From assembly GCA_043803405.1 (NCBI GenBank), contig JAZDKB010000019.1, forward strand, positions 360,218 to 424,217: a stretch of 64,000 nt of DNA, written 5' to 3'. A model generated the notes under the pieces. It made no database searches. It was not told where the DNA came from and was given only the letters and a program-made list of their open reading frames with translations. This stretch comes from Spirochaetota bacterium (GTDB lineage Bacteria > Spirochaetota > UBA4802 > JAFGDQ01). This document shows, piece after piece, positions 1 through 10,900 of this stretch. Positions within the stretch are counted from its first letter, which is position 1. Each line of letters starts with the position of its first letter. The position numbers and the translations under genes were made by a program.

Positions 1-38
1 TTTAGCTGATTGAACAGTTTCTTAATGAATTCTCCCAT
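1..38 (-). CDS. 5' end of a gene truncated by the window edge, probably flagellar M-ring protein FliF
   Basis: ATG at 38 with GGGAGGGA Shine-Dalgarno (SD); reads MGEFIKKLFNQL...; lies directly downstream of fliE, the usual fliF position. Confidence 0.5.
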   Translation of the reverse strand, partial: MGEFIKKLFNQL

Positions 39-189
39 GAATTATCCCTCCCAATTCATGATATGCGACATAACACATAATTCACACAATAAAAAAAATT
101 TGTAAAGTAAAATTTTAGTTATATACAAAAAAAGCATTTTTGCACATTTTACCTGGGACATAAAATACTTAACGAAGATCATCCTGCTT

Positions 190-528
190 TTACCTTAAAT
201 TCATTAATTCTCTGTACGATCTTATCGCTTCGTCTCTTACGGCTTTAGTGAAGTTTAAAGCGATTTCAGCCTTCTGAGCGGCTATCATTACCGTGTGAAT
301 ATCCACCGATTCCGGCTCGTGAATCATCTTCTGGTTCAGTTCATCCGAGTCACCGAGCAGATTATTTACTTTCCCTACAGCTTTCATTAATGCATCTGCG
401 AAGGAGCCGGTTACATCATCAGCTGCACGCTCAAACTTTTGTTCTTCTTTTATTCCTGTATAATGAAGCGGATGGCTGGTTTTCATGTTAACAATAGTGC
501 CTAAAGTTTTATCTGCGATTGTGTTCAT
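190..528 (-). CDS. fliE: Flagellar hook-basal body protein FliE
   Basis: C-terminal DIHTVMIAAQKAEIALNFTKAVRDEAIRSYRELMNLR motif; follows flgBC. Confidence 0.93.
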   Translation of the reverse strand: MNTIADKTLGTIVNMKTSHPLHYTGIKEEQKFERAADDVTGSFADALMKAVGKVNNLLGDSDELNQKMIHEPESVDIHTVMIAAQKAEIALNFTKAVRDEAIRSYRELMNLR

Positions 529-538
529 TGTAATTCTC

Positions 539-682
539 CTAAGCTGTTTTTAAATTTTGCAATACTGCGGGTTTTTGATACTGTCCTTCGCGCGGTTCCA
601 GCCTTTCTTTTCTTATATTTATTCTGCCTGAAAGATCGTGGGAAAGGTTGATTTCTTTTTCGCCTATTATTTCTTTGTTCAT
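539..682 (-). CDS. Putative 47-aa small protein between flgC and fliE (below the ORF-track cutoff)
   Basis: Hand translation MNKEIIGEKEINLSHDLSGRINIRKERLEPREGQYQKPAVLQNLKTA*; strong SD AAGGAG 7 nt before the ATG; its TAG stop overlaps the fliE SD (TAGGAG). Confidence 0.55.
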   Translation of the reverse strand: MNKEIIGEKEINLSHDLSGRINIRKERLEPREGQYQKPAVLQNLKTA

Positions 683-718
683 TTGTTTTCTCCTTAACTA
701 TGTATTGTCTTAAGATTT

Positions 719-743
719 ACCACAGAGATGCAGAGGTACAGAG
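719..743 (+). repeat. Short 8-nt-period CACAGAG-type repeat
   Basis: ACCACAGAGATGCAGAGGTACAGAG; related copy inside ligD at 53277-53301. Confidence 0.5.
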
Positions 744-808
744 TTTTAAAAGATAAAAAAATTGAAATTTTTCATATTCAATATATTTTTAATATATACT
801 GTTTGTTT

Positions 809-1267
809 TTATGCTCTGCCCAGTTCAAGCGCCTTGCCGAACATCGCTTTTGTGTTATTTATCATCATTACATTTGCTTCATAAGACCTTGAGGCAGATA
901 TTAAATCCACCATTTCGGTAACAACATCCACGTTCGGCATTTCAACATAGCCTTTTTTGTCCCCGATTTTAACGGCATCGGGATGGGTCGGATCGTAAAC
1001 AAGCCTGAAAGGCTTTTGGTCGTCTTCTATCTTTACGATTCGAACTCCCTGTCCGGTCCCGTGCTCAATTCTGCCGGGGACAAGAGGGGACTTGTAAAAC
1101 GGTCTTACGTTTACAGGCGCAAATACAGCGCGCTTTCTTCTGTATGCTCCGCCTTCGGGTGTGCGGGTTGTTGTGGCGTTAGTGATGTTATTGCTTATCA
1201 GATCCATCCGGAGCCTCTGGGCTGTAAGCCCGGTTGATGCAACGTTCAGTTCAGTGAACATTCCCAT
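809..1267 (-). CDS. flgC: Flagellar basal-body rod protein FlgC
   Basis: TGLTAQRLRMDLISNNITN, YDPTHPDA, GYVEMPNV and SRSYEAN motifs. Confidence 0.97.
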   Translation of the reverse strand: MGMFTELNVASTGLTAQRLRMDLISNNITNATTTRTPEGGAYRRKRAVFAPVNVRPFYKSPLVPGRIEHGTGQGVRIVKIEDDQKPFRLVYDPTHPDAVKIGDKKGYVEMPNVDVVTEMVDLISASRSYEANVMMINNTKAMFGKALELGRA

Positions 1268-1278
1268 AATTTATCTCC

Positions 1279-1710
1279 TTATGGAGTCGGCCTCATGGCG
1301 TTCTTTAGATTTCTGTAATTATTGTTAAGAAGAGTAATATATGCGTTATATCTCATCTGGTTTTTCGCGGAATCGACAATTTCTTTTTCAATATCAACGT
1401 TATTTCCGTCATTTCTCATTGTTGTGTTATAATCAAGATTTATCCTGGGCTGTACGCTTTCAATTTCTCTGGGTGTATAGAACGGAATATGTCTTTTTTC
1501 AGTTAACTTTGCCGGCAGTTTGTTATCCGGGTCCTGCGCTTCCATTATTGCTCTCCTTAGCTCGCTTTCGAAATTAACTTCGCTTCTTTTAAAGTGCGGT
1601 ACGTCCACATTTGCGACGTTATTGGCTATCACTTTTCTGCGGATAGACTCTACATCCAGGGCTTTTTCCAGTAGAGTATTGACCTGCATTGATTTGCTTG
1701 TATCGAACAT
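1279..1710 (-). CDS. flgB: Flagellar basal-body rod protein FlgB
   Basis: RRKVIANNVANVDVPHFK and RNDGNNVDIEKE motifs; start moved to ATG 1710 with AAGGA SD. Confidence 0.95.
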   Translation of the reverse strand: MFDTSKSMQVNTLLEKALDVESIRRKVIANNVANVDVPHFKRSEVNFESELRRAIMEAQDPDNKLPAKLTEKRHIPFYTPREIESVQPRINLDYNTTMRNDGNNVDIEKEIVDSAKNQMRYNAYITLLNNNYRNLKNAMRPTP

Positions 1711-1946
1711 GATTTTCCTTCTTATGACCGATATTTCAAGGCAGGGTGAATTAATACACTGCCTTGTTATATACATCGGAATATTTAAAAAAAGCATAAT
1801 AAATTTTTTTAATGAGACATAAATTTTTTTTTCAATATTTGAATGCTAAATCATTAAAATAGCCAGCCGGGTCTGGCATAAATGTATTGAAAAATAAACG
1901 CCGTTTTTCATTATGTTATTGAGAATAATTATTTTACGAGGCCAAT

Positions 1947-3251
1947 ATGATTTTTAATAAAGAATACGAAACTATGCCGGAAAAGAAGATGAAAGAGCTT
2001 CAGCTTGAACGGCTTAAGTGGTCAATTAATCACGCATATAACAATAATTCATTTTTTAAAAAAAAGTATGATGAAGCCGGTTTTAATCCTGCTCAGCTTA
2101 AATCCCTTGAAGATGTAAAAAGAATACCTTTTTTAACAAAAGACGACATGAGGAATAATTATCCTTTCGGGCTATTTGCTGTTCCTCTGGACAAGGTCGT
2201 CAGGGTGCATGCGTCGTCGGGAACAACCGGTAAACCAACGGTAGTAGGGTACACAAAAAACGATATAGAAGTATTTTCCGAAGTAATGGCAAGAGGGCTG
2301 GCATGCTGCGGCGCAACGGAAAAGGATATTATACAGGTTGCATTTGGTTACGGGCTGTTTACAGGCGGGCTGGGCTATCATTACGGCGCAGAAAGGCTTG
2401 GCGCCATGGTAGTACCCACTTCGAGCGGGAATTCCGAGAGACAGCTGACTTTAATTCAGGATTTCGGCACTACTATGATCGCCTGTACACCGTCGTATAT
2501 TTTAAATGTTGCTGATCATATAGAAAGAAAGAGGCCGGATTACAATATAAGAGCTACAAAGCTAAGACGCGGAGTATTCGGCGCAGAGCCGTGGTCTGAG
2601 GGCATGAGAAAAGAAATTGAATCGCGGCTCGGCATTGAGGCTTTCGATCTGTACGGGCTTAGCGAGATTATCGGGCCTGGAGTATCTTCCGAATGTTCAC
2701 ATAAACCCGGCATGCATGTTTTTGAGGATCATTTTTATCCTGAGGTCATTGATCCGGAAACAGGCGAAGTTTTGCCGGAGGGAGAGAAGGGCGAGATAGT
2801 TTTTACGACCCTCACTAAAGAAGCCTTTCCCGGCATTCGTTACAGGACAAGGGATATTTCGCGGCTATACAGGGAAAGCTGCGAATGCGGCCGCACATAT
2901 ATCAAAATGGAAAAAGTTACAGGCAGAAGCGATGATATGCTTATCATAAAAGGAGTTAACCTGTTCCCGTCGCAGATTGAATCCGTGCTCATGGAGATTG
3001 AGGGCACAGAGCCGCATTATCAGATCATTGTGGACAGGAAAGGCGCGCTTGACGAAATTGAGGTTATGGTTGAAGTAGACGAAAAGCTTTTCTCGGACGA
3101 AGTAAAGGTGCTGGATAGCCTGAAGAAAAGGATCAAGGAGAAGTTTAAAAGCGCTCTGAGCATATCGGCAACTATTAATCTGGTTGAGCCTATGACTATT
3201 CCCAGAAGCGAAGGAAAGGCAGTTCGCGTTATTGATAAACGAAAGATATAA
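1947..3251 (+). CDS. paaK: Phenylacetate-CoA ligase family protein
   Basis: [24 protein letters not shown] and [13 protein letters not shown] motifs. Confidence 0.93.
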   Translation: MIFNKEYETMPEKKMKELQLERLKWSINHAYNNNSFFKKKYDEAGFNPAQLKSLEDVKRIPFLTKDDMRNNYPFGLFAVPLDKVVRVHASSGTTGKPTVVGYTKNDIEVFSEVMARGLACCGATEKDIIQVAFGYGLFTGGLGYHYGAERLGAMVVPTSSGNSERQLTLIQDFGTTMIACTPSYILNVADHIERKRPDYNIRATKLRRGVFGAEPWSEGMRKEIESRLGIEAFDLYGLSEIIGPGVSSECSHKPGMHVFEDHFYPEVIDPETGEVLPEGEKGEIVFTTLTKEAFPGIRYRTRDISRLYRESCECGRTYIKMEKVTGRSDDMLIIKGVNLFPSQIESVLMEIEGTEPHYQIIVDRKGALDEIEVMVEVDEKLFSDEVKVLDSLKKRIKEKFKSALSISATINLVEPMTIPRSEGKAVRVIDKRKI

Positions 3252-3269
3252 CTTTAAGGGAGGAAAATT

Positions 3270-3701
3270 ATGATAGTTAAGCAAATTTCAGTTTTTATGG
3301 AAAATAAACCCGGGCACCTGGAGAATATTCTTAAAGTGCTGGCTGATAACGATATAAACGTTCTTACTGTTACGGTAGCGGATATGTCCAACTTCGGAAT
3401 ACTGAGGCTGATTGTAAATGATCTGGAAAAGGCAAAGAGCGTTTTTAAAAAAGCAAATATTACCTGTTCCGTGACCGATCTTTTGGCAGTTGAACTGAGC
3501 GATAAGCCTGGCGCTCTTTGCAAAGCGATTCAGGCTTTTACAAAGCATAGCCTGAATATTGAATATATATACACATTTGGAAGAAAAAGCGAGGATAACG
3601 GCGTAATGTTATTCAGGTTTGAAGATATTGAGGCTGCCAAGAAGGCTATTTCTGCCGAAGGGTACAAAATAATTAAAACGATAGAAATTTACGGGAAATA
3701 A
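3270..3701 (+). CDS. Double ACT-domain protein of the type found next to paaK
   Basis: KQISVFMENKPG...FGILRLIV...DKPGAL...LNIEYIY. Confidence 0.88.
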   Translation: MIVKQISVFMENKPGHLENILKVLADNDINVLTVTVADMSNFGILRLIVNDLEKAKSVFKKANITCSVTDLLAVELSDKPGALCKAIQAFTKHSLNIEYIYTFGRKSEDNGVMLFRFEDIEAAKKAISAEGYKIIKTIEIYGK

Positions 3702-3704
3702 ATA

Positions 3705-5264
3705 ATGGAAAAGAAAGTTTTACTTGGAAATGAAGCGATCGCACGCGGAGCTTACGAAGCAGGATGCCATGTCGCAACCGCGTATCCGGGAACACCGAGC
3801 ACGGAGATACTTGAAACGATTGCGCGCGATTACAGGGAGATAAAAGCGCAATGGTCGCCTAATGAAAAGGTAGCCATCGAAGTAGCAGCGGGCGCGTCTA
3901 TGGCAGGCGCGCGTGTGCTATCTGCTATGAAGCATGTAGGATTCAATGTCGCGGCCGATCCGATATTCACGTTTTCGTATACCGGAGTAACCGGGGGGTT
4001 CGTTATCATCAATGCCGATGATCCCGGTATATGGAGTTCGCAGAATGAGCAGGATAACCGCCATTACGCGCGCGCTGCCAAGCTGCCCATGCTGGAACCG
4101 TCCAGCCCCCAGGAGGCGAAGGATTTTACAAAGCTCGCTTTCGATATTTCGGAACAATTCGACAGGCAGGTTATTATTCGAATTACCACGCGTGTTGCGC
4201 ATTCGCAGGGCATTGTTGAAATTGCAGACAGAAAGGATGTTAAGCTGAAAGATTATGTGAGAGATCCTTTAAAATATGTAATGCTCCCTGCATACGCGAG
4301 AACAAGGCATGCGTTTCTTGAAGAACAGCTGATAAAACTTAAGGACTATTCCAATAAATCGGGTTTAAACCGCATTGAATGGGCAAATAAAAAGAGGGGC
4401 ATAATAACGGACAGCATCGCGTATCAGTATGTTAAAGAGACATGTCCGGATGATTCGGTTCTGAAGATCGGCATGGTTTGGCCTCTGCCGGATGATATGA
4501 TACATGAGTTTGCCAGAGGAGTTGAAGAATTATATATAGTAGAAGAACTCGATCCGTTTATCGAGGATTATGTAAGAGCTTTGGGTTACAAACCCAAAGG
4601 AAAGGAAATAATTCCTATTTGCGGCGAGCTGACCCCGGATATTGTCGACAAAGCCCTGAACGGAAAGATTAGTCCGCGTAGATCGCAGGAGTACTCGACA
4701 AGTCCTTTGCCACCAAGGCCGCCTATGCTTTGCAAGGGGTGCCCGCACGGTTATGTTTTTCAGGTGCTCAAAAAGCTCGACCTTACCGTGAATGGCGATA
4801 TAGGCTGCTACAGCCTGGGCACGCTTCCGCCGTATTCCGCTATGCATACAGAGGGCTGCATGGGCGCGAGCATTGGAGTGCACCTGGGATTTGAAAAAGC
4901 GCGCGGCCGCGATATGGCTAAAAAGTGCGTTGCGGTTATAGGGGATTCTACTTTTGTGCATTCGGGTATTACGCCGCTTATAGATCTGGTTTACAATAAA
5001 GGCACCGGCACAGTAATAATTCTGGATAACCGGAGCACTGCCATGACCGGGCATCAGGATCATCCTGCTACAGGGAAGACGCTGATGGGCGAGGATACTC
5101 ACGAGCTCGACCTGGCGCTCCTTGTAAAGGCTGTCGGAGTAAAGCGGGTCGTTGTCGCTGATCCAAAAGATATAGAGAACTTTGAGAGGATCGTTAAAGA
5201 AGAAGTTGAAGCTCCTGAGCCATCTGTAATTATCTCCAATAGAAAGTGCATTTTAAAGAGGTAG
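3705..5264 (+). CDS. iorA: Indolepyruvate:ferredoxin oxidoreductase alpha subunit (no C-terminal ferredoxin domain)
   Basis: LLGNEAIARG, YPGTPSTE, SSQNEQDNR, PPMLCKGCPH, GDIGCY, IGDSTF and TAMTGHQ motifs. Confidence 0.92.
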   Translation: MEKKVLLGNEAIARGAYEAGCHVATAYPGTPSTEILETIARDYREIKAQWSPNEKVAIEVAAGASMAGARVLSAMKHVGFNVAADPIFTFSYTGVTGGFVIINADDPGIWSSQNEQDNRHYARAAKLPMLEPSSPQEAKDFTKLAFDISEQFDRQVIIRITTRVAHSQGIVEIADRKDVKLKDYVRDPLKYVMLPAYARTRHAFLEEQLIKLKDYSNKSGLNRIEWANKKRGIITDSIAYQYVKETCPDDSVLKIGMVWPLPDDMIHEFARGVEELYIVEELDPFIEDYVRALGYKPKGKEIIPICGELTPDIVDKALNGKISPRRSQEYSTSPLPPRPPMLCKGCPHGYVFQVLKKLDLTVNGDIGCYSLGTLPPYSAMHTEGCMGASIGVHLGFEKARGRDMAKKCVAVIGDSTFVHSGITPLIDLVYNKGTGTVIILDNRSTAMTGHQDHPATGKTLMGEDTHELDLALLVKAVGVKRVVVADPKDIENFERIVKEEVEAPEPSVIISNRKCILKR

Positions 5265-5266
5265 AC

Positions 5267-5851
5267 ATGATAAAGAACGTGATTTTTGCAGGAGTAGGGG
5301 GCCAGGGCGTTATACTTGCAAGCAAGCTGTTAATGGAAACCGCGATGAATGCGGGCTTTGACGTAAAGGAATCGGAAGTGCACGGGATGGCGCAGCGCGG
5401 CGGCAGCGTGGACTGTCATGTCCGTTTTGGTGATAAAGTATATTCCCCACTTATACCGTTCGGCAAGGCAGATTTTGTTGTAGGCCTTGAGCTTCTCGAG
5501 TCTATGCGCAAGCTCGATTATCTCGCGCGTGACGGTAAAATGATAGTCAACCGTGAGCGGATCGATCCTGCACCTGTTCAGCTCGGCGCAATGAAATATC
5601 CTGAGGATATTGAAGCGTGGATATTAAAGAATGCGGCAGGGAGCATGGTTGTCGATACGGCAGGCGCGCTTAAAGAAGTCGGTTCTTCAAGGGCGCTTAA
5701 TATTGTAATGCTCGGCGTGCTTTCGCGTTTTCTGGATTTTGAATACGGGCGCTGGGAGGCATCCTTAAAAGCTCTTGTGAAAAAAAACTCTCTTGAGATG
5801 AATATCAGGGCTTTTAATATAGGCAGGGAACTTGCAGGAAATTTAAAATAA
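5267..5851 (+). CDS. iorB: Indolepyruvate:ferredoxin oxidoreductase beta subunit
   Basis: GVGGQGVILAS and SEVHGMAQRGGSV motifs; ATG 5267 with GAGG SD. Confidence 0.92.
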   Translation: MIKNVIFAGVGGQGVILASKLLMETAMNAGFDVKESEVHGMAQRGGSVDCHVRFGDKVYSPLIPFGKADFVVGLELLESMRKLDYLARDGKMIVNRERIDPAPVQLGAMKYPEDIEAWILKNAAGSMVVDTAGALKEVGSSRALNIVMLGVLSRFLDFEYGRWEASLKALVKKNSLEMNIRAFNIGRELAGNLK

Positions 5852-5865
5852 GATAAGTAAAATAA

Positions 5866-6267
5866 TTATCCTTTTTTGCTCCAGTTCTCAATTACTAAAC
5901 CTTCGATTCGCTCGAAATGTTTTTCGTTGTTTGTCACTAAAATTAAATTGTGAGCAAGGGCTGTTGATGCGAGTATTAGATCGAAATCATCCAGTGACTT
6001 TCCTGATTTTTCCTGTTTTGATTTTAAAATTCCGAAGATTTCAGCTGTTTCAATACCGATAGGTATTTTTTCGATGTTGTTATCAATAGTTTTTATTTTT
6101 GCCAGATTACTTTCAATTCTCTGCGATTTGTATGCTCCATAATATAGTTCCATTAATGTAACAATGCTGATCTTAATAGGATCGTTAATATGTATTTGCA
6201 GATTTTCAACGACTGTTTTGTTTCCTTTCAAGCTATAAATGATGATATCGGAATCGAGCAGATACAT
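5866..6267 (-). CDS. vapC: VapC/FitB PIN-domain toxin
   Basis: YLLDSDIII...ELYYGA...DFDLILASTALAHNLILVTNNEKHFERIEGL. Confidence 0.92.
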   Translation of the reverse strand: MYLLDSDIIIYSLKGNKTVVENLQIHINDPIKISIVTLMELYYGAYKSQRIESNLAKIKTIDNNIEKIPIGIETAEIFGILKSKQEKSGKSLDDFDLILASTALAHNLILVTNNEKHFERIEGLVIENWSKKG

Positions 6268-6539
6268 TAGAAACCTTTATTAAATTTTTTTGAATTTATT
6301 CTGGTTTTTTTAATTTCATTAATAATAGCATCTGCTTTTCTTGTATCATTCCATGAGCCGGATAATTCAAGTAATGTTTGCGCGGGACTTTTTGTCTTTT
6401 CTAATTGTTTTTCTTTTGACAGATATGCTTTTATTAAAAATAAAACCTGTTGACTAACTGATCTGTTTTCAGAGGCAGCCATTTTTTTTATTTTTGAATA
6501 GAATTTGTCTTCAATACCCTTGATTTGTAAATTAGCCAC
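6267..6539 (-). CDS. FitA-like ribbon-helix-helix antitoxin
   Basis: GTG start with AAGGAG SD; ANLQIKGIEDKFYSKIKKMAASENRSVSQQV; stop overlaps the toxin start. Confidence 0.8.
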   Translation of the reverse strand: MANLQIKGIEDKFYSKIKKMAASENRSVSQQVLFLIKAYLSKEKQLEKTKSPAQTLLELSGSWNDTRKADAIINEIKKTRINSKKFNKGF

Positions 6540-6620
6540 TATTGTATGCTCCTTTTTTATCTTCATGAAAATGTAAGCATTTAGCATGAAAATAGCAATC
6601 AATTTTTTTGTATTTTTCTT

Positions 6621-7889
6621 TTATTGTTTTATCAGCTCTCTTCTGAGCATTTCCATAGCCATCATTGAAAACCAGCGCTTGTTCATTTGCCTGCGCCCGT
6701 ATGATGCGCTGAGCCTGCTGTAAGGCGAGACCCAATGCTTTGCGGCTGTACCTTGCGGTGTCGCCAGCCCGACGCAAATTGTGCCTACAGGCTTTTCGGC
6801 AGTGCCCCCGTCCGGGCCAGCAATCCCGCTTGTTGCCAGCCCGTAGGTCGCGCCTGTTATACGACGTGCAGCATCTGCCATTTCGCGCACTGTTTCCTCG
6901 CTTACTGCCCCGAAGCGGTTTATTGTATCAGGATTAACGCCCAGAACGCGTATCTTTGCTTCGTTCGAATAGGTCACGCCCGAGAAAAGAAAGTAGCCCG
7001 AACTTCCGGGAACGCTGGTAATTAAATCCGATATCATACCGCCTGTGCAGCTTTCGGCTATTGCAAGGGTTGCGGCCCTGCTTTGAAGCAGGCTGCCGAG
7101 CATTTGTTCCATAGTGGTTCCATCATAAGAAATAATATTAGGGCCTATTTGATCTTTAACCCATTCAGTGGCTCGGGCTAAAATTTCTTCCATTTTTTCT
7201 TTGTTGTCGCCGCGAATATAAAGCTTTACAAGTGTTTCAGGGAAGGTGGCTCTAAGCCCAAGTTTAATCTCTTTGAATTTATCCATAACAGCCGCTACCT
7301 TTTCGCCTACGACCGATTCTCCAAGTCCGATTGTGGAAATTGTTTTTACAATGCTGTGCTGATGCTTGTCTCCCTGAAGCTGTATTATGGACGGAATCAC
7401 ATGGTCTGTGAGCATCTTTTTCATTTCAAACGGGACGCCCGGCATAAAATAAAAATTGCAGCGTTCTATTTTTATTGAGAACCCGGGAGCTGTGCCTACA
7501 GGGTTTGTAAAAATAGTTGAACCTTCAGGAAAATAGGCCTGCTTCTCATTTGATTTAGTCATTGGGCGCTGGAACTTTTTAAAAATCGCGCGTATGTTTT
7601 CGAGCGATTCCTCGTGAAGCAAAAGTTTTACTCCGGCAACCTTGGCGGCTGCTTCCGAAGAAAGATCGTCAGTTGTGGGCCCAAGTCCGCCGGTCACAAG
7701 AGCAATGTCCGCCCGCACGCTGATCTCGCGCAGAATGTCCGTCAAAACCGGCATATCATCGCCGCATGAATGGTGCCTCACTACCTCGATACCTATTTCC
7801 TCAAGCTTATCTGCTATATATGCCGTGTTGCTGTCAACCAGGGCGCCCGAGCGGATCTCATCGCCTGTCGAGAGTAGTTCTGCTTTCAT
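6621..7889 (-). CDS. cinA: CinA family protein (MoCF-like domain + PncC nicotinamide mononucleotide deamidase)
   Basis: TGDEI...DSN, TGGLGPTTDD, AESCTGG, GAVSEE and TSGIAGPDGGT motifs; start could be up to 15 nt further upstream. Confidence 0.92.
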   Translation of the reverse strand: MKAELLSTGDEIRSGALVDSNTAYIADKLEEIGIEVVRHHSCGDDMPVLTDILREISVRADIALVTGGLGPTTDDLSSEAAAKVAGVKLLLHEESLENIRAIFKKFQRPMTKSNEKQAYFPEGSTIFTNPVGTAPGFSIKIERCNFYFMPGVPFEMKKMLTDHVIPSIIQLQGDKHQHSIVKTISTIGLGESVVGEKVAAVMDKFKEIKLGLRATFPETLVKLYIRGDNKEKMEEILARATEWVKDQIGPNIISYDGTTMEQMLGSLLQSRAATLAIAESCTGGMISDLITSVPGSSGYFLFSGVTYSNEAKIRVLGVNPDTINRFGAVSEETVREMADAARRITGATYGLATSGIAGPDGGTAEKPVGTICVGLATPQGTAAKHWVSPYSRLSASYGRRQMNKRWFSMMAMEMLRRELIKQ

Positions 7890-7967
7890 ATCCATATCCT
7901 GCAATTTTCTTTAAAATATTTTTGTAATAAAACTGCTATGTTTACAAAAATGGTAATTTAAAATATT

Positions 7968-10900
7968 TTATAAAGGCTCATCCGGAGTTTGGGATTTATC
8001 CAGCATTTTTCTGATCTTTCTTAACAGATCAACCGGGGCCAGCGGCTTTGGAATAAAATTAATTTCTATATCGCCGACTCCCTTTTGCTGAATAATATCG
8101 TGGGTATATCCGCTTACAAAAAGAACAGGCACATGGGGAGAAATAAAACGGATGCGGTCATAAACCTCTTTCCCATTCATCTCCGGCATAACCACGTCCA
8201 TAACGATCAGGTCGATGTTATCTTTATTTGCAATGAACTTGCGCAATGCGTCCGCGCCGTCGATCCCTTCTATGACCGAATAGCCGGCCTGGGTGAGAGT
8301 CAGCCTGGAAAGCATGCGCACATGCGGATCATCCTCGGCAAGAAGGATGGTCTCGGAGCCGCCGGCAGGGTATTCCTCTTTGTGCGCAACTTCTTCATCT
8401 TTTATATTTATTAAAGGCAGATAAATATTGAACGTTGTCCCAATACCGGGCTCGCTGTACACATTGATGTAGCCGATATGCTGTTTTACAATGCCGTATA
8501 CTGTTGACAAGCCGAGTCCTGTTCCCTTCCCGACTTCCTTTGTTGTGAAAAAAGGATCGAAGATGTGCTCCATCGTTTTGGCATCCATCCCAATGCCTGT
8601 GTCCGAAACTGTTATAAGCACATAGGAGCCCTTTCTGCCGAAAGCGTGAACTTCTATGTATTCATCATTCATATCGAAACGCCTTGTCTCGATTACAAGC
8701 GATCCGCCGCCTGGCATTGCGTCGCGCGCATTGGTTGCAAGGTTCATCAGCATCTGGTCTATTTGGGTTGCGTCCGCCAGCACCATAAGGTTTTTGCCTG
8801 AAACGCGTATGTCGAGAGCAATATCTTCCCCGACAAGCCTTGATAATATATTTCCGGTTTCCTTTATTTTATTGTTTATATTGAGCGGCTTGGGTTCCAG
8901 TATCTGTTTTCTGCTGAATGTAAGGAGGCTTTTTGTAAGGTCTGCCGCTTTTTTTGACGAGGCAATGATCTCATCCACGTACACCATAAAAGGATCGTCC
9001 TGTTTTAACTTGCTCTTCATGAGCGATCCGTACCCGGTAATGACTGTGAGAATATTATTGAAGTCGTGAGCCACCCCGCCTGCGAGAGTTCCTATGGCTT
9101 CCATTTTGAGAGCCTGGATAAGCTGGGATTCCAGCTGCTTGCGTTCCGTAATATCTTCAAGATTGCCCTCATAGTAGGCGACCTTCCCGCTCGCGTCTTT
9201 TACGACACGTGCATTAATTGAGACCCATATTTTACTTTTGTCTTTTGTGTAAAATTGTGTTTCGAATCTTTCCGCATAACCCTGATCCTCAAAGAGCTTT
9301 TTAAGGCGCATGCGGTCTTCATTGTTTACATAAAGCTCCCTTCCGATATCGCTGAATGCCTTTATCCCCTCTTCAATGGATTCATAGCCGCAGATGTGCG
9401 CCATGGCCATATTGGCGCCAAGGACTCGTCCGTCCGGCGTAGTCTGAAAAATGCCCATGACCGAGTTCTCAAAGATTGTGCGGTATTTTTCTTCGCTCTT
9501 TCTGAGAGCTTCTTCGGTTCTTTTTTGTTCGGTAATATCCTCAACAATGCCTTCCAGGTATGTCTCGCCGTATTTAGGCGAAACTTTGCGTATAGCCAGC
9601 TTTCCTGTCATTATGCTTTTGTCTTTTCTAATGTATGGCTGTTCGGAGTAATACCACTCGTCGTGTTCAAGCCCTGTGAGAAGCGCTGCGCGGTTTTTCG
9701 GATCAGCATGTATCTGCGTCGCAGTGTTCGTAATGGTGGCAATAACTTCTTCGGGCGATTCGTAACCTAGCATGGTGGCAAAGGCTTTGTTGATACGAAG
9801 GAACCTGCTTCCGGATAACGTCGATTGAAACATGCCGATTGATGCGTTTTCAAACAGGTTCCTGTATCTTTCTTCGTTGTCCAAAAGGGCTTTCTCAGCT
9901 TCAACACGCGATGTGATGTCGTCTACCGTTCCCTCGTAATACATTATATTGTGCTGAGAATCATATACAACGCGGGCGTTAACGGACACCCATGCAGTGC
10001 TCCCGTCCTTTTTACGGAACTGTGCCTTGAAGCCTTCGATAAAACCGTCGCGCTCCAGAATCCTTTTGAATTCTTCACGGTCTACGGGATTGACATACAG
10101 CTGTTTGTTGATATTTGTTAAAGCGCTAATTGCTTCCTGCGGAGAATTGTAACCGCAAATGCGCGCCATAGCCATGTTGGCGCTTATAGCATTTCCCTTC
10201 GGTGATGTCTGAAAAATTCCCATGACTGCGTTGTCGAAAATGGTGCGGTATTTAGCTTCGCTTTGTCTAAGTGTCTCTTCTGCCTGTTTTCTTTCCTTCT
10301 CCTGCCTGTCTCTCTGCAGACGGGCGTGCAGTATTGAAGCCACGTAGTCGGAAATATCTTTCAGGAAATTTGCATCATCATCAATATATTCCACCGGATT
10401 GTTCGCAACGGCGAATAGTCCTATGGTTTCTTTTCCAAAGACGACCGGCACTGTAAGGAAATTATCAATATGAACATGTCCTTCCGGTATGTTAAATGGA
10501 CCGTTCGAGAGATAAGATTTTTTTTCCCTGATTGCCCGTCCCCACATACTTTCGCCCCATGTTGATGACGGGAAATGCGCTGATTTACCGTCCATCTGGC
10601 ATTCGCTCCAGATAGTTTTACTCAGGCTTGGAATGATAAAATCGCCGATTTCATCTATGTATCCGAACAGGCCGAACTGGCTTCTGGTTGTCTGCATCAC
10701 AATCTGCAGCACTTCGTTGTACATGTCCTCATCGGACACGGACAAGAATGCCTTTGCTATCCGGTTCATCATTTTCGTATTCGTTTCGGATTTACGGCAT
10801 TCTTCTTCGAGACGTTTGCGGTCTGTAATGTCCTCTACCGTCCCTTCGTAATAGAGAATATTCCCGTCAGTGTCCCTTTCTGCCCTGGAATTCATGGATA

